A DNA stretch of 64,000 bases from positions 320,001 through 384,000 of the forward strand of contig CAXXWC010000001.1 of NCBI GenBank assembly GCA_963668645.2, given 5' to 3'. The notes under the pieces were generated by a model. That model was not told the origin of the DNA. It worked only from the letters and a program-made list of their open reading frames with translations, and ran no database searches. This stretch comes from Desulfobacterales bacterium (GTDB taxonomy: Bacteria; Desulfobacterota; Desulfobacteria; Desulfobacterales; UBA2174). Each line of letters starts with the position of its first letter. Positions within the stretch are counted from its first letter, which is position 1. This document shows positions 19,598 through 30,498 of this stretch, one piece after another. A program made the translations under genes and the position numbers.

Positions 19598-21061
19598 TCA
19601 TCCGGCCAGGCACGGCTTGCGGGCCGCGCGCACTTCGTCCAGGCGGCGCACCTTGGTCCGGTGGGGAGCGCTGCGCACCGTCTGCGGATCTTCGTGCGCC
19701 TCTGCGGCGATGGCCTGCATGGCGGCCACAAAGCGGTCCAGATCGTCCTTGGATTCGGTTTCGGTGGGTTCGACCATGATCGCGCCGGCCACCACCAGCG
19801 GAAAATAAATCGTGGGCGGATGAAAGCCGTAGTCCATCAGCCGCTTGGCCATATCCAGGGTCGTCACATGTGCGGCGGACTGGAAACGGTCGCTAAAGAC
19901 GCACTCGTGCATGCAGGGCCGGTCAAACGGCAGATGGAACTGATCCTTGAGCCGGCAGCGCAGGTAGTTGGCATTGAGCACCGCCAGGGTGCTGGCCCGG
20001 CGCAGCCCATCGCCGCCCATGGAGCGGATGTAGCAGTAAGCGCGCACCATGACCCCGAAATGGCCGAAAAAGGCCCCCATACGGCCGATGCTCAAGGGCC
20101 GTTCGTCCGCATCGGCCAGGCGGAATTGCTCCCCGTCGCGCACCACCCGCGGCACTGGCAAAAAGGGCGCCAGTTCCTGGGTCACGCAGATCGGCCCGCT
20201 GCCCGGCCCGCCGCCCCCGTGGGGGGTGGCAAAGGTTTTGTGCAGATTGAGATGGATCACGTCGACCCCGATGGCCTTCATGTCCACGATTCCCATCACC
20301 GCGTTCATGTTGGCCCCGTCACAGTAGACCAGCCCCCCCTTGGCATGTACGATGGCGGCGATCTCCCGGATATGGGTTTCGAAAAGCCCGAGGGTGTTCG
20401 GGTTGGTGATCATGATCCCTGCGGTTTTTTCGTCCATGGCGGCGGCCACGGTCTCGGGCAGCAGGATCCCGTCCGGACCGGAGACCAGGGGAACCGGTTC
20501 GTACCCGCAAAGGGCCGCCGAGGCCGGGTTGGTGCCGTGGGCCGTGTCCGGGATCAGGATGCGGCTGCGCGCCGCCTTGCGGTGCGCGTGGCAGGCGTGG
20601 ATTACCAGCATGCCGGTCAGCTCGCCGTGGGCCCCGGCCGCCGGCTGGAGCGAAACCGCCTCCATACCGGTGATTTCGGCCAGGGCTCGCTCCAGCTCCC
20701 AGATCAGGGCCAAGGCCCCCTGACTCAGCGATTCGGGCAGCAGGGGATGAGCTGCGGCAAATCCGCTCAGACCCGCCTGGCGCTCGTAGGTCTTGGGATT
20801 GTACTTCATGGTACACGAACCGAGCGGGTAAAAGCCGGTGTCAACCCCGAAGTTCCAGGTGGAGAGACGGGTGAAATGGCGCACCACGTCCACCTCGCTC
20901 AGATCGGGAAAATCGGGCCCGTCCCCGCACAGGGCCGCATCGAGGGGACTTTCGGGAACGTCGGCCGGCGGCAGGGCGGCGCCGCAGCGCCCCTTGCGCC
21001 CGCGCTCCCAGAGCAACGGTTCATCGAGAATCAGTCCGGTGGTGCCGGGCGTTGAGGTCAT
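19598..21061 (-). CDS. gcvPB: Glycine dehydrogenase subunit 2
   Basis: PLGSCTMKYNP, QPAAGAHGE, LNLHKTFATPHGGGGPG, MVEPTETES. Confidence 0.96.
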   Translation of the reverse strand: MTSTPGTTGLILDEPLLWERGRKGRCGAALPPADVPESPLDAALCGDGPDFPDLSEVDVVRHFTRLSTWNFGVDTGFYPLGSCTMKYNPKTYERQAGLSGFAAAHPLLPESLSQGALALIWELERALAEITGMEAVSLQPAAGAHGELTGMLVIHACHAHRKAARSRILIPDTAHGTNPASAALCGYEPVPLVSGPDGILLPETVAAAMDEKTAGIMITNPNTLGLFETHIREIAAIVHAKGGLVYCDGANMNAVMGIVDMKAIGVDVIHLNLHKTFATPHGGGGPGSGPICVTQELAPFLPVPRVVRDGEQFRLADADERPLSIGRMGAFFGHFGVMVRAYCYIRSMGGDGLRRASTLAVLNANYLRCRLKDQFHLPFDRPCMHECVFSDRFQSAAHVTTLDMAKRLMDYGFHPPTIYFPLVVAGAIMVEPTETESKDDLDRFVAAMQAIAAEAHEDPQTVRSAPHRTKVRRLDEVRAARKPCLAG

Positions 21062-22389
21062 GACGACACCTCCTTGACCAGTCGGTCCAGATCCTGGCGG
21101 CTGGCGGTTTCGGTGGCGCAAAAAAGATAGCAGCCTTCCAGTTCGGGGTAGAACGGGGCCAGGGGCAGGCCGGCGACGATGTGCTTGTCCTGAAGTTGCC
21201 GGTGGGTGCGGGCGAAACCGGCCGGCATGCGCACCACGAACTCGTTGAAGGTCGGGGCGGCAAAGACGAGCGCGTGGCCGGCGGCCGCCAGTCGGCCCTT
21301 GAGATATTCCGCCTTGTCGTGATTGAGACGGGCCAGGCGGGAGAATCCCTCACCGCCCAGGGCCGCCATGTAGATCACGGCCCTCAGGGCGCAGTGGCCG
21401 TTGTTGGTGCAGATGTTGCTCGTGGCCCGCTCGCGGCGGATATGCTGCTCGCGGGTGGCCAGGGTCAGCACGAAGCCGGGCCGGCCCTCCTGGTCCACGG
21501 TACGCCCAACCAGGCGTCCGGGCAGGCTGCGCACCAGGCTCTGGCGGCTGCCGAGCAGTCCCAGCCCCGGGCCGCCGAAGGATTGGGACAATCCAAGGCT
21601 CTGGCCCTCGCCGCAAACGATGTCGGCCCCCAGCGAACCTGGACTGCGCAGCAAACCGTAGGCCAAGGCCTCGGTAAACCCGGCCACCAGCAGGGCGCCC
21701 TGGGATTGGGCCGCGGAGGCGGCCGCGGCCAGATTTTCGATGCAACCGAAGAAATTGGGCGACTGGAGGGCCACGGCCGCCACCTCCCCGGCTCCGTCCA
21801 GCGCGCTAAGATCCGTGGTGCCGTCCGCACCTGCGGGCAGATCTATGATCTCGTAGCCGGTAGGGTTCAGGTAGGTCGCCGCCACCCGGCGGTAATGGGG
21901 GTGAATCAGGCGTGAAACCGCCACCCGGGGCCGGCCCGTCTTGCGGATGGCCATCAGCAGGGCTTCGGCCAGGGCCGTGGCCCCGTCGTAGTGTGAGGCC
22001 GTGGCCACCTCGGTGCCCATCAGGCGGCAGGCCAGGGTCTGATATTCGTAGATCGCCTGAAGCGTCCCCTGGCTGATTTCGGGTTGATAGGGCGTATACG
22101 CGGTCAAAAACTCGCTACGCCCGGATAGATAGGAAACCACGGCCGGGATGAAATGCGGGTAGCTGCCCGCACCGATATAGACTTGTCCCGCAGGGCCGGC
22201 CGCGTTGCGCGCGGCCAGCCGGTCCATGTGGCCATCGAGTTCCCATTCACTCAACGCGGCCGGCAGATTCATGTCCGCCTGTCGCCGGCAGTCGGCCGGA
22301 ATGCTGGAAAACAGGTCCTCTAGACTGTCTATCCCTGCTGCGGACAGCATCTCCTCGACTTCCTGGGGTGTATGAGGCAGATAATGCAT
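21058..22389 (-). CDS. gcvPA: Glycine dehydrogenase subunit 1
   Basis: TAYTPYQPEISQG, TREQHIRRERATSNICTN. Confidence 0.96.
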   Translation of the reverse strand: MHYLPHTPQEVEEMLSAAGIDSLEDLFSSIPADCRRQADMNLPAALSEWELDGHMDRLAARNAAGPAGQVYIGAGSYPHFIPAVVSYLSGRSEFLTAYTPYQPEISQGTLQAIYEYQTLACRLMGTEVATASHYDGATALAEALLMAIRKTGRPRVAVSRLIHPHYRRVAATYLNPTGYEIIDLPAGADGTTDLSALDGAGEVAAVALQSPNFFGCIENLAAAASAAQSQGALLVAGFTEALAYGLLRSPGSLGADIVCGEGQSLGLSQSFGGPGLGLLGSRQSLVRSLPGRLVGRTVDQEGRPGFVLTLATREQHIRRERATSNICTNNGHCALRAVIYMAALGGEGFSRLARLNHDKAEYLKGRLAAAGHALVFAAPTFNEFVVRMPAGFARTHRQLQDKHIVAGLPLAPFYPELEGCYLFCATETASRQDLDRLVKEVSS

Positions 22390-22423
22390 GGTATCCCCCG
22401 CTGCTTGGGTTGTTCTTCTCTAT

Positions 22424-22819
22424 CTATCCTGCCAGGGACTTCAGGTAGGTGTCACGATCCATCATGGACTCTGTTTGGGCCGGATCGGCGGCCTTGACCT
22501 CGATCATCCACCCGTCCCCGTAAGGATCCGCGTTGACCTTTTCCGGCGCTTCCTCCAGACCGGCGTTGACCGCCACCACCTCGCCGCCCACCGGCATGTA
22601 AAGCGAGGAGACGGCCTTGACCGATTCGACGGTGCCGAATTCCTCGCCCCGTTCAAAACGGCGGCCCACCTCGGGCAGCTCAACGAAAACGATATCGCCC
22701 AACTGGTCCTGGGCGTAGTCGCTAATACCGATACGGACCGGATCGCCCGGTTTGACCCACTCGTGATCTGCGGCGTAGCGCAGGCCCTCAGGAAAATTCA
22801 ACTCATCGATTGCTTTCAT
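22424..22819 (-). CDS. gcvH: Glycine cleavage system H protein
   Basis: DYAQDQLGDIVFVE, VESVKA lipoyl-lysine motif, PYGDGW. Confidence 0.96.
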   Translation of the reverse strand: MKAIDELNFPEGLRYAADHEWVKPGDPVRIGISDYAQDQLGDIVFVELPEVGRRFERGEEFGTVESVKAVSSLYMPVGGEVVAVNAGLEEAPEKVNADPYGDGWMIEVKAADPAQTESMMDRDTYLKSLAG

Positions 22820-22921
22820 GGAATTTTCTCCTTTTGCATTTCACGATTTTCAATCCGAGGCCGGGTGTCTGCACCTGCTTGGCAATCCCGGGCCCCATTC
22901 CCATTGTCAGATCGGCAAAAA

Positions 22922-24205
22922 TCAATCCCACATCCGGTCCATCGACCGGCGGGCCGTTCGATCCGGCCGGATCTCATTTACCACGACCACTTCGATGCAT
23001 CTGCGCCCGTCGTCCAGACTGAGCCGCGTGCCGGGAGCCAGGGGGCTGTCCACCCGGATAAAGCCGCAGCTCAACCCTTTGGGATCGAAACCGGCCGGTT
23101 GCTGCGGGCTGGCGATGCTCATCACCGTGTCTTCCAGCCATCCGATGGCCGTGTCCGTGGCGCACGTCAGAACGACACCGATGGGCCGGCCCTGGGGATC
23201 CAAAACCCGGGTTTGGGGACCGGCGCTGACCTTGCGCTGATCGCGTCCGACAAAGGCCAGGGTATGGGCCGCCTTGCCGGCGGCCTGGGTCAGGGCCGCC
23301 GCCCCGACGAAATCCTTGGTAAAGGTTCGTCCATCCGGACCGTAAGGCAGGGCAAAGGACCAGGGATGATGGATAAACGGCCAGTCTCCGATATCCTGAT
23401 GGCTAAGCGGCAAAACCGCCCCGCTGCGCAAAGAGTCGCGGGCGGCCAAGCCGCAGGCCAACAAGCCGTACTCTGCACCGGCATCCAGGATCCGATCCCA
23501 GATCATGACGGCCTTCTCGGGCGCGATGAAGATCTCGAATCCGAATTCACCGGTGTATCCGGTGCGCGAAAGGAGCAGCGGTGTTCCGTCATCCAGGCGC
23601 ACCGCGCCGGCATCCGGATGCTGGGAATCGAAATGTCCCTTGAAGGAAAAATAGGCAAGGCGGTGGAAAACCGTTTGCGGGTCCGCCAGCAGCCTGCCGA
23701 GAATTCGTGCTGCGGCCGGCCCCTGCAAGTCGAGCTTGGCGATCTTTCCGGTCATATCGACCACGGCGGTCTCAGATGAATCGGCATGCCCGAGCAGGTG
23801 GGCCGCCACGATGGGTCCCATCCCGGCATTGACCACCACGAAATAATCCTCGTCGCCCTTCCGATAAACGATGGTATCATCGATCAGATGCCCGTGGGAA
23901 TCGCAAAAAGCGCCGTAGACGCAGCGCCCGGCGGCCAGGGGTCGGTCGGCAGGACCGACGCGATCCAGGTCTTTGGTAAAGGTCCGTTGCAGCATCCCGC
24001 GCGCCCCGGGGCCGGCGACGGTGATCAGCGCCATATGGCTGGTATCGAAAAGTCCGGCCGCGCGAATCACGGCGCGGTGCTCCTGGCGCATACCGGCCGG
24101 ATACCAAAGCGGCATGCGGTAGCCTCCGAAATCGCCCATGTTGGCGCCGGCTGCCTGATGCCGTGCGAACAAGACAGTCGTTAACGGTTCTGGGTTCATC
24201 GCCAC
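22922..24205 (-). CDS. gcvT: Glycine cleavage system T protein (aminomethyltransferase)
   Basis: FGGYRMPLWY, LFDTSHM, SRTGYTGEFGFE, GLAARDSLR. Confidence 0.9.
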   Translation of the reverse strand: MAMNPEPLTTVLFARHQAAGANMGDFGGYRMPLWYPAGMRQEHRAVIRAAGLFDTSHMALITVAGPGARGMLQRTFTKDLDRVGPADRPLAAGRCVYGAFCDSHGHLIDDTIVYRKGDEDYFVVVNAGMGPIVAAHLLGHADSSETAVVDMTGKIAKLDLQGPAAARILGRLLADPQTVFHRLAYFSFKGHFDSQHPDAGAVRLDDGTPLLLSRTGYTGEFGFEIFIAPEKAVMIWDRILDAGAEYGLLACGLAARDSLRSGAVLPLSHQDIGDWPFIHHPWSFALPYGPDGRTFTKDFVGAAALTQAAGKAAHTLAFVGRDQRKVSAGPQTRVLDPQGRPIGVVLTCATDTAIGWLEDTVMSIASPQQPAGFDPKGLSCGFIRVDSPLAPGTRLSLDDGRRCIEVVVVNEIRPDRTARRSMDRMWD

Positions 24206-24221
24206 TCCTTGCAGCGCAACG

Positions 24222-24665
24222 TTATAGGATATAGGGCACTTTTAAATTGTACGCCTTGTAAACGACGAAGGTTTCCACACTCTGGACCCCCTCGACCCGG
24301 GCCACCTCTTCCGTGTAAAATTCCAGCAGACTGAATCCCTCTTTAAGGAGGACGACCAGAATCAGATCAAAGCGTCCGGTGACCACGGATACGGACACCA
24401 CTCCACGCAACTGGCTGAAGTCCTGTCCTTTTTTGACCAAATCCATGGTTGCCAACTTCACCCCCACGATGACGGTGCAATGGCCTGGAAGGGCTTCCGG
24501 ATCTACAAGGCCGCAGATATCCAGTACCCCTTCCTCACGCAAGCGGTTGACCCGCGCCCGAACGGTGTTTTCGGACAGGTCGAGAGCAGTGGCAATGCTT
24601 TTCAGGGAAGTGCGGCCATCTCGCAGATGCTGGGCGATGGCGATGGTCTGGTCGTCGATTTTCAT
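24222..24665 (-). CDS. Lrp/AsnC-family transcriptional regulator
   Basis: MKIDD..HTH (SENTVRARVNRL), VTGRFDL RAM domain. Confidence 0.92.
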   Translation of the reverse strand: MKIDDQTIAIAQHLRDGRTSLKSIATALDLSENTVRARVNRLREEGVLDICGLVDPEALPGHCTVIVGVKLATMDLVKKGQDFSQLRGVVSVSVVTGRFDLILVVLLKEGFSLLEFYTEEVARVEGVQSVETFVVYKAYNLKVPYIL

Positions 24666-24800
24666 GGCAAAATCCGATCTGCAATCTATACCGATGGAAA
24701 ACTGAGTTGACAAAAGCCATAAAATTGTGGAGATGTCAAGAACAACCCTGATTATTTGCGTTTTTAATAAAAAGAACTAAAATATTTGAGGTAAAACGAA

Positions 24801-26210
24801 ATGGACAAACGAGTTGTCATTTTAGGCGCAGGACCGGGCGGCTACGCGGCCGCCTTGCATGCAGCCCGCCAGGGGGCCCGGGTGACCCTGGTCGAACGCG
24901 ATAAGCTCGGGGGCACCTGCCTGAACTGGGGCTGCATCCCCTCCAAAATCCTCAAGTCGGCGGCCGACGCCTTGATCGCAGTGCGCGCCGCCGGCCAATT
25001 CGGAATCCGCTGCGGCGGTGAAGCCGGGGTTGACATGAGCGCGATTCTTGCCCGCCAGCAGCGCATCATCGAGATGCAGGCCCAGGGCATCCGACATCTG
25101 CTCGAGAATGCAGGGATTCGTCTGGTGACAGGGACCGGACGGATCACGGGGCCGAACAACGCCACGGTGACCGGAGCCGACGGCACCAGCGAGACCCTGG
25201 CCTGGGACCGGCTCATCCTGGCCACCGGGAGCAGGCCGATCTCCATCGGTGCCCTGCCTTTCGACGGCCGGCGCATCGTGTCGAGTAACGAGGCCCTCTT
25301 TTTCGAGGCTCTGCCCGAGCGTCTGCTCATCGTCGGTGGTGGGGTCATCGGCTGCGAATTTGCCGGCATCTTCGGCGCGCTGGGCACCCGTGTGACCCTG
25401 GTGGAGGCCCTGGACAGGCTGCTTCCCCTGCCGGGGACGGATCTGGAAGTTTCCCGGGTCTTGCTGCGAGAGATGAAAAAGCGGCGGATCGACTGCCGCC
25501 TGGAGACCACCGTGACCGGTTGTGAATCAACGGATGCCGGTGTTCTGGTCACCGTGGCGCCCAAGGGCGGTGGAGTGGTTCAAACCATCACGGCCGACAA
25601 GGTCCTGGTCTGCGTCGGCCGGCGGCCGAACAGCGAGGATTTAGGCCTGGAAAATGTCGGTGTTGAAACCGCAGCGGGTGGATGGGTAGCGGTGGATCCC
25701 TGCCTGCGCACCACCGCCGAAGGCATTCTGGCCATCGGGGATCTGCTCGGGCCCTCCCACGTCATGCTGGCCCACGTGGCCAGTGCCGAAGCCGCCGTGG
25801 CGGCGGACAACGCCCTGGGGGCGGACCGCCGGATGGACTACCGGGCCGTTCCCGGTGCGGTATTCACCATGCCGGAAGTGGCCCAGGTGGGACTCACCGA
25901 ACTTCAGGCCAAAGAAGCCGGCCTGGCGGCCGAGACCGCCACGGTCCTGTTTCGCGCCCTGGGCAAGGCTCATGTGATCGGCGAAATCGCCGGTCTGGCC
26001 AAGGTGGTCTACGAGGCGCCCGGCGGGCGGATACTGGGCCTTCATCTGATCGGGCCCCATGCCACGGACCTGATCGCCGAAGGCACCCTGGCGGTGCGCC
26101 AAGGCGTCACCGTGGCCGAGTTGGCCGCCACGATCCATGCCCACCCGACCCTGGCTGAAATCATGGGCGAAACGGCTCTCAAGGCCGCCGGCACACCGCT
26201 GCATGGCTGA
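24801..26210 (+). CDS. lpdA: Dihydrolipoamide dehydrogenase (GCS L protein)
   Basis: GAGPGGY, GGTCLNWGCIPSK, HAHPTLAE. Confidence 0.95.
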   Translation: MDKRVVILGAGPGGYAAALHAARQGARVTLVERDKLGGTCLNWGCIPSKILKSAADALIAVRAAGQFGIRCGGEAGVDMSAILARQQRIIEMQAQGIRHLLENAGIRLVTGTGRITGPNNATVTGADGTSETLAWDRLILATGSRPISIGALPFDGRRIVSSNEALFFEALPERLLIVGGGVIGCEFAGIFGALGTRVTLVEALDRLLPLPGTDLEVSRVLLREMKKRRIDCRLETTVTGCESTDAGVLVTVAPKGGGVVQTITADKVLVCVGRRPNSEDLGLENVGVETAAGGWVAVDPCLRTTAEGILAIGDLLGPSHVMLAHVASAEAAVAADNALGADRRMDYRAVPGAVFTMPEVAQVGLTELQAKEAGLAAETATVLFRALGKAHVIGEIAGLAKVVYEAPGGRILGLHLIGPHATDLIAEGTLAVRQGVTVAELAATIHAHPTLAEIMGETALKAAGTPLHG

Positions 26211-26241
26211 ATCCGGCCGGAAGCCGGATTCAGCCCCCGGA

Positions 26242-27492
26242 TCAGACCGTCTCCAGGGCGCAGGCCATCGAGACCCCGCCACCCCCGCAGAGGGTGGCCA
26301 GGCCCAGATTCTTGCCACGGCGGCGCAGTTCATGGATCAAGCTCACCATGATGCGTGCCCCGGTGGCGCCCACCGGATGGCCCAGGCCGATTCCCGAGCC
26401 GTTGACATTGGTGATCTCGCGGTTGAGGCCCAGTTCGCGTTCGCAGCCGATGTATTGGGCGGCAAAGGCCTCGTTGACCTCGACAAGTTCGAAGTCGGCG
26501 ACGGCCAAAGCGCTGCGTTTCATCAGGTCCGCCACCGCCGGCACCGGAGAAAGCCCCATGACCGACGGATGGCAGGCCCCGCGCCCCACGGCCCGTATCC
26601 GCGCCAGGGGCGCGATTCCCATGGCCTTGGCCGTATCGGCCCCCATGATGACGATTGCGGCGGCCCCGTCGTTGAGGCCGCTGGAGTTGCCGGCCGTGAC
26701 CTTGCCGGTCTTGGGCACGAAGGCCGGGGGCAGCTTGGCGAGCTTTTCCATGGTCAAACCGGGGCGAAAGTGCTCGTCGCGCTCGAAAATAATGGGCGGC
26801 TTCTTGCGCTGGGGAATCTCGATGGGAACGATCTCTTCGGCAAAGGTACCGTCGGTGGCAGCACGCTCGACGCTACGGTGACTGCGCAGGGCCACCTCAT
26901 CCATTTCTTCCCGTGTAATTCCAAGGTGCTGGGCCACGAACTCGGCCGTATGGCCCATGATGTACGGCTTGCCGGCAAAACTCCTCAGCGGCTCCTGGTT
27001 AGCGTCCACCGGCCCCTGTTCGGGATGGGGCAGCAGATGGGAGCCGCAGTGCAGGCCCCGGATCAAGCCGTCGACAAAGGTCTGGTCCTGGAGCCGGCAC
27101 CCCCATCGGGCCGCCGGCGCCTCATAGGCCACCCCGGACATGTGCTCTACCCCGCCGGCCAGGATGGTATCGGCCATCCCGGCTTGGATCATGGCCATGC
27201 CGCTCAGGACGGCCTCCATGCCGGAGATACAGACACGGTTGACGGTGACGGCGGTCACCTTGTCCGGGATATCGGCCATCAATGCCGCAACACGGGCCAC
27301 GTTCATCGTATCCGAAGGTTCGATGCAGCAGCCGAAACGCACGTCATCGATGGCGGCCGGTTCGATTCCGGCCCTCTGGACGGCGGCGCGCATGGCCACG
27401 GCCCCGATGCGAGCCGCATGACTGTCTCTCAAAGTGCCGCCAAAGGTGCCAATGGCCGTGCGGCAGGCTGAAACGATTACCACATCACGCAT
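26242..27492 (-). CDS. Acetyl-CoA C-acyltransferase (thiolase)
   Basis: VNRVCISG, NEAFAA, GHPVGATG, LCGGGG. Confidence 0.95.
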   Translation of the reverse strand: MRDVVIVSACRTAIGTFGGTLRDSHAARIGAVAMRAAVQRAGIEPAAIDDVRFGCCIEPSDTMNVARVAALMADIPDKVTAVTVNRVCISGMEAVLSGMAMIQAGMADTILAGGVEHMSGVAYEAPAARWGCRLQDQTFVDGLIRGLHCGSHLLPHPEQGPVDANQEPLRSFAGKPYIMGHTAEFVAQHLGITREEMDEVALRSHRSVERAATDGTFAEEIVPIEIPQRKKPPIIFERDEHFRPGLTMEKLAKLPPAFVPKTGKVTAGNSSGLNDGAAAIVIMGADTAKAMGIAPLARIRAVGRGACHPSVMGLSPVPAVADLMKRSALAVADFELVEVNEAFAAQYIGCERELGLNREITNVNGSGIGLGHPVGATGARIMVSLIHELRRRGKNLGLATLCGGGGVSMACALETV

Positions 27493-27617
27493 GAAAGACT
27501 TCCTTTCTGGCTACAGGTTGTTTGAGTTTGCACGTTGCACCGGGCCGAAAAAAAGCGCCCTCATCAACCGTCGGACCAAACCAGCGGTATTTCCGAAATC
27601 AAGTTTTCGTTTTCCCG

Positions 27618-29468
27618 TCAAAGCCCGCCGAAGGCCTTTTCATCCATTTCGGTGGGACTGGCATCGGCATTGATGACGGCCTGGATCCGGCCCCGGGTTA
27701 CCGGCAGGATGGCGCGGATGAAAAAGCGGGCCGTTTTGAGCTGGCCGTCGTAGAAAGCGGCTTGGCGATTGCCGGCCACGACGGCGGCCAGATCGCTGTT
27801 GCCGCCGGCCAAGGCAGCCAGTTGGGGCGTGGCGGTGACCGCCCGCCATAGGTGCATCCAGGCGATGATCGTGTCTCCCACCGCATCCAAAAAAGGAGAT
27901 GCATGGGCAAAAGCCACCTTGAAACGCTGGCTGTTGGCCTGCCGGGTGATCTGCAAGGCCCCGTTCTCCAGTTCACCGACGACCTCGTCCAAAGCTTCGG
28001 CCAGGTCCGCTAATCCTTTTATCCGGCGGGCCTCGGCAACGGTCTTGCGCATGGCGCCGATCAGGCCCATGAACACGGCGCCTTTTTTCAAAGCCAGCTT
28101 GCGGCCCAGCAGATCCATGGCCTGAATCCCGTTGGTCCCCTCGTAGATGCTGGTGATCTTGCAGTCTCGGGCCAGCTGTTCCACCGGATATTCACGGGTG
28201 TAGCCGTAGCCGCCAAAAACCTGCATGGCCTGGACGCAGACCTCGAAACCGCGGTCGCTGCAGTAACTTTTGACCACCGGGGTCAGCAGGTCCACCACCC
28301 CCCGCCAGTAGTCCGCGATGGACGGATCGGCGGCCGTCTCCTTGCGGTCGAAGGCCAGCGCCACGTAGTAAAGGAAGCTGCGCATTCCGTCCACGTAAGC
28401 CTTCATCCACATCAACATGCGGCGCACGTCGGGATGGCGGATGATCCGGGCGGCCGCGGCGTTGGGATCCTTGCCGGTCTCCAGATCCCGGCCCTGGCGT
28501 CGCTGGCGGGCGTAGTCCAGCGCATACAGGTAGGCGGTGGTGGCGTGTGCAAACCCCTGGAACCCCACGTCCAGGCGGGCCTCGTTCATCATATGGAACA
28601 TGATCTTCATCCCCTGGTTGACCTCGCCCAAGAGCCAACCGCGGCATTTTCCGCTGCCACCCAGTGTCAGACTGCATGTCGGGCTGCCGTGAAGACCCAT
28701 TTTTTCCTCGACCCCGGTACAGACCACATCGTTAAAGTCACCCATGCTTCCGTCCGGCTCGACCCAATACTTGGGCACCAGGAATATCGAAATACCCTTG
28801 GTGCCGGCCGGGGCCCCCTCGATGCGCGCCAAAACCGGATGAATGATATTCTCGGTCAGATTCTGCTCGCCATTGGTAATAAAGATCTTGGCTCCGCTGA
28901 TGCTGTAAGTGCCGTCGGGGTTGGGGCGCGCCAAAGTGGTCAGGGCCCCCACGTCGCTGCCGGCCTCCGGCTCGGTGAGCAGCATCGATCCACCCCATTG
29001 CCCGGTGTAAAGCTTGTCTAAAAAAAGTTTTTTTTGCTCGGCAGTGCCGAAAAGCTCGACCATCTTGCCCGCACCGTGGCCCAGGGTGGCATAGGCGGTA
29101 AAGGCGAAGTTGGCCCCCACAAGGTACTCGTTGGCCGCCTTGGCGATCACATGGGGCAGCCCCTGGCCGCCCAGCTCCGGATCCTCGGTCATGGCGATCC
29201 ACCCGTTTTCGACAAAGACCCGGTGGGGCCGGCGGAAGCACTCGGCCACGGTGACCTTGCCGGCCTCGAAGTGGACCCCTTCCCGGTCCCCGGCCGCGTA
29301 GGTCGGCAGAATCTCCTTGATCCCGAACGTGCGCGCCTCGTTGATGACCATGTCGCAGGCCTTGCGATTCAAATCGCCGTAGCGCTCGCAGGCGAACAGA
29401 TCCTCGATTTTAAATTGTTCGTAAAGGACGAAATCGATGTCGCGCCGGTCGGCGATGGTCTGGGCCAT
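27618..29468 (-). CDS. Acyl-CoA dehydrogenase (long type)
   Basis: LTEPEAGSD, KIFITNG, EEKMGLHGSPT, QVFGGYGY, IYEGTNGIQA. Confidence 0.94.
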   Translation of the reverse strand: MAQTIADRRDIDFVLYEQFKIEDLFACERYGDLNRKACDMVINEARTFGIKEILPTYAAGDREGVHFEAGKVTVAECFRRPHRVFVENGWIAMTEDPELGGQGLPHVIAKAANEYLVGANFAFTAYATLGHGAGKMVELFGTAEQKKLFLDKLYTGQWGGSMLLTEPEAGSDVGALTTLARPNPDGTYSISGAKIFITNGEQNLTENIIHPVLARIEGAPAGTKGISIFLVPKYWVEPDGSMGDFNDVVCTGVEEKMGLHGSPTCSLTLGGSGKCRGWLLGEVNQGMKIMFHMMNEARLDVGFQGFAHATTAYLYALDYARQRRQGRDLETGKDPNAAAARIIRHPDVRRMLMWMKAYVDGMRSFLYYVALAFDRKETAADPSIADYWRGVVDLLTPVVKSYCSDRGFEVCVQAMQVFGGYGYTREYPVEQLARDCKITSIYEGTNGIQAMDLLGRKLALKKGAVFMGLIGAMRKTVAEARRIKGLADLAEALDEVVGELENGALQITRQANSQRFKVAFAHASPFLDAVGDTIIAWMHLWRAVTATPQLAALAGGNSDLAAVVAGNRQAAFYDGQLKTARFFIRAILPVTRGRIQAVINADASPTEMDEKAFGGL

Positions 29469-29798
29469 GGCATGCTCCTTTGGCTGCTAAGGGGTCTGCG
29501 ACTGTTGAGCGGGAAAAAGCTGTCTAGTAAATCTGAAGTGTCTTCAAATGATTCATAAGGGATTCACCGTTGACCTGTCAAGATGCTCGTGTCCAACGGT
29601 GGCAAAACGGTCAAGATACGGCCAAATTACCGGCACCTGCACCGAATACGTCCACGACGGCTGGCTGATGTCAGCCTGGGTTGGAATTGAAGGAAAACAG
29701 CCCTTGATTTGCATCTCTCGATCACCATGGTATAGACTTTCAGCCGCTGGAGCAGTACGCCAGCGGTGAATAAATTTAAAGCCGAGGTTTTATTTCTT

Positions 29799-30485
29799 AT
29801 GGAAAAATACAGCAATTTCAATCAACTCGAAAAATCTGTACCCGAAAACGGTGGCTCCCTATCACGCAGTGCCCAGCGCCGGCAGCGCGAACGCGAGCAG
29901 CGCTACCAGACCATTCTGCGAGCCGCCGAAACCCTCTTTGCTGGCGAGGGATACCACAAGGCGGGCATGGAGCGCATCGCCGACATGGCCGAGGTTTCGG
30001 TCGGAACGGTCTATTTTTATTTCAAAAACAAGGAAGACCTGCTGATCCAGCTGCTCGACGAGATCGGCTATCAACTGCGCGACCTCCTGGGCCGCGCCTT
30101 TCGCCAGGCGGATATGACCCTGGCCGGTTTCGAGCGTGCCGGAAAGGTTTTTTTCGAAGAATTCTGCCCCCATCATCCAGAACGGCTGGCCATCATCTTT
30201 CGCGAGTCGGTGGGCCAGAGCCCTTTGGTGGAAGAACACCGCAAAAAGATCTTTGACCGGCTGATCACCGATGTGCGCGACGCTTTGGAGCGGTTCCAGA
30301 CCAATACCAGGGTTTCTTTCCAAAGTCCGCTGTCCACCGAGGTCATGGCGGTGTGCATTATGGGAATGTACGAACGGCTGGCCTACCAGTTCCTCATCTG
30401 GGAGGACCGCAGCACCGATCTGAAGACTATCGGCGATGACGCCGTGGCCTTTATCATGGGTGGGGTCAAGAACCTCTGCCATTGA
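29799..30485 (+). CDS. TetR/AcrR-family regulator
   Basis: ILRAAETLF..IADMAEVSVGTVYFYFKNKEDL. Confidence 0.92.
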   Translation: MEKYSNFNQLEKSVPENGGSLSRSAQRRQREREQRYQTILRAAETLFAGEGYHKAGMERIADMAEVSVGTVYFYFKNKEDLLIQLLDEIGYQLRDLLGRAFRQADMTLAGFERAGKVFFEEFCPHHPERLAIIFRESVGQSPLVEEHRKKIFDRLITDVRDALERFQTNTRVSFQSPLSTEVMAVCIMGMYERLAYQFLIWEDRSTDLKTIGDDAVAFIMGGVKNLCH

Positions 30486-30498
30486 GGTGTGAGAGGCA

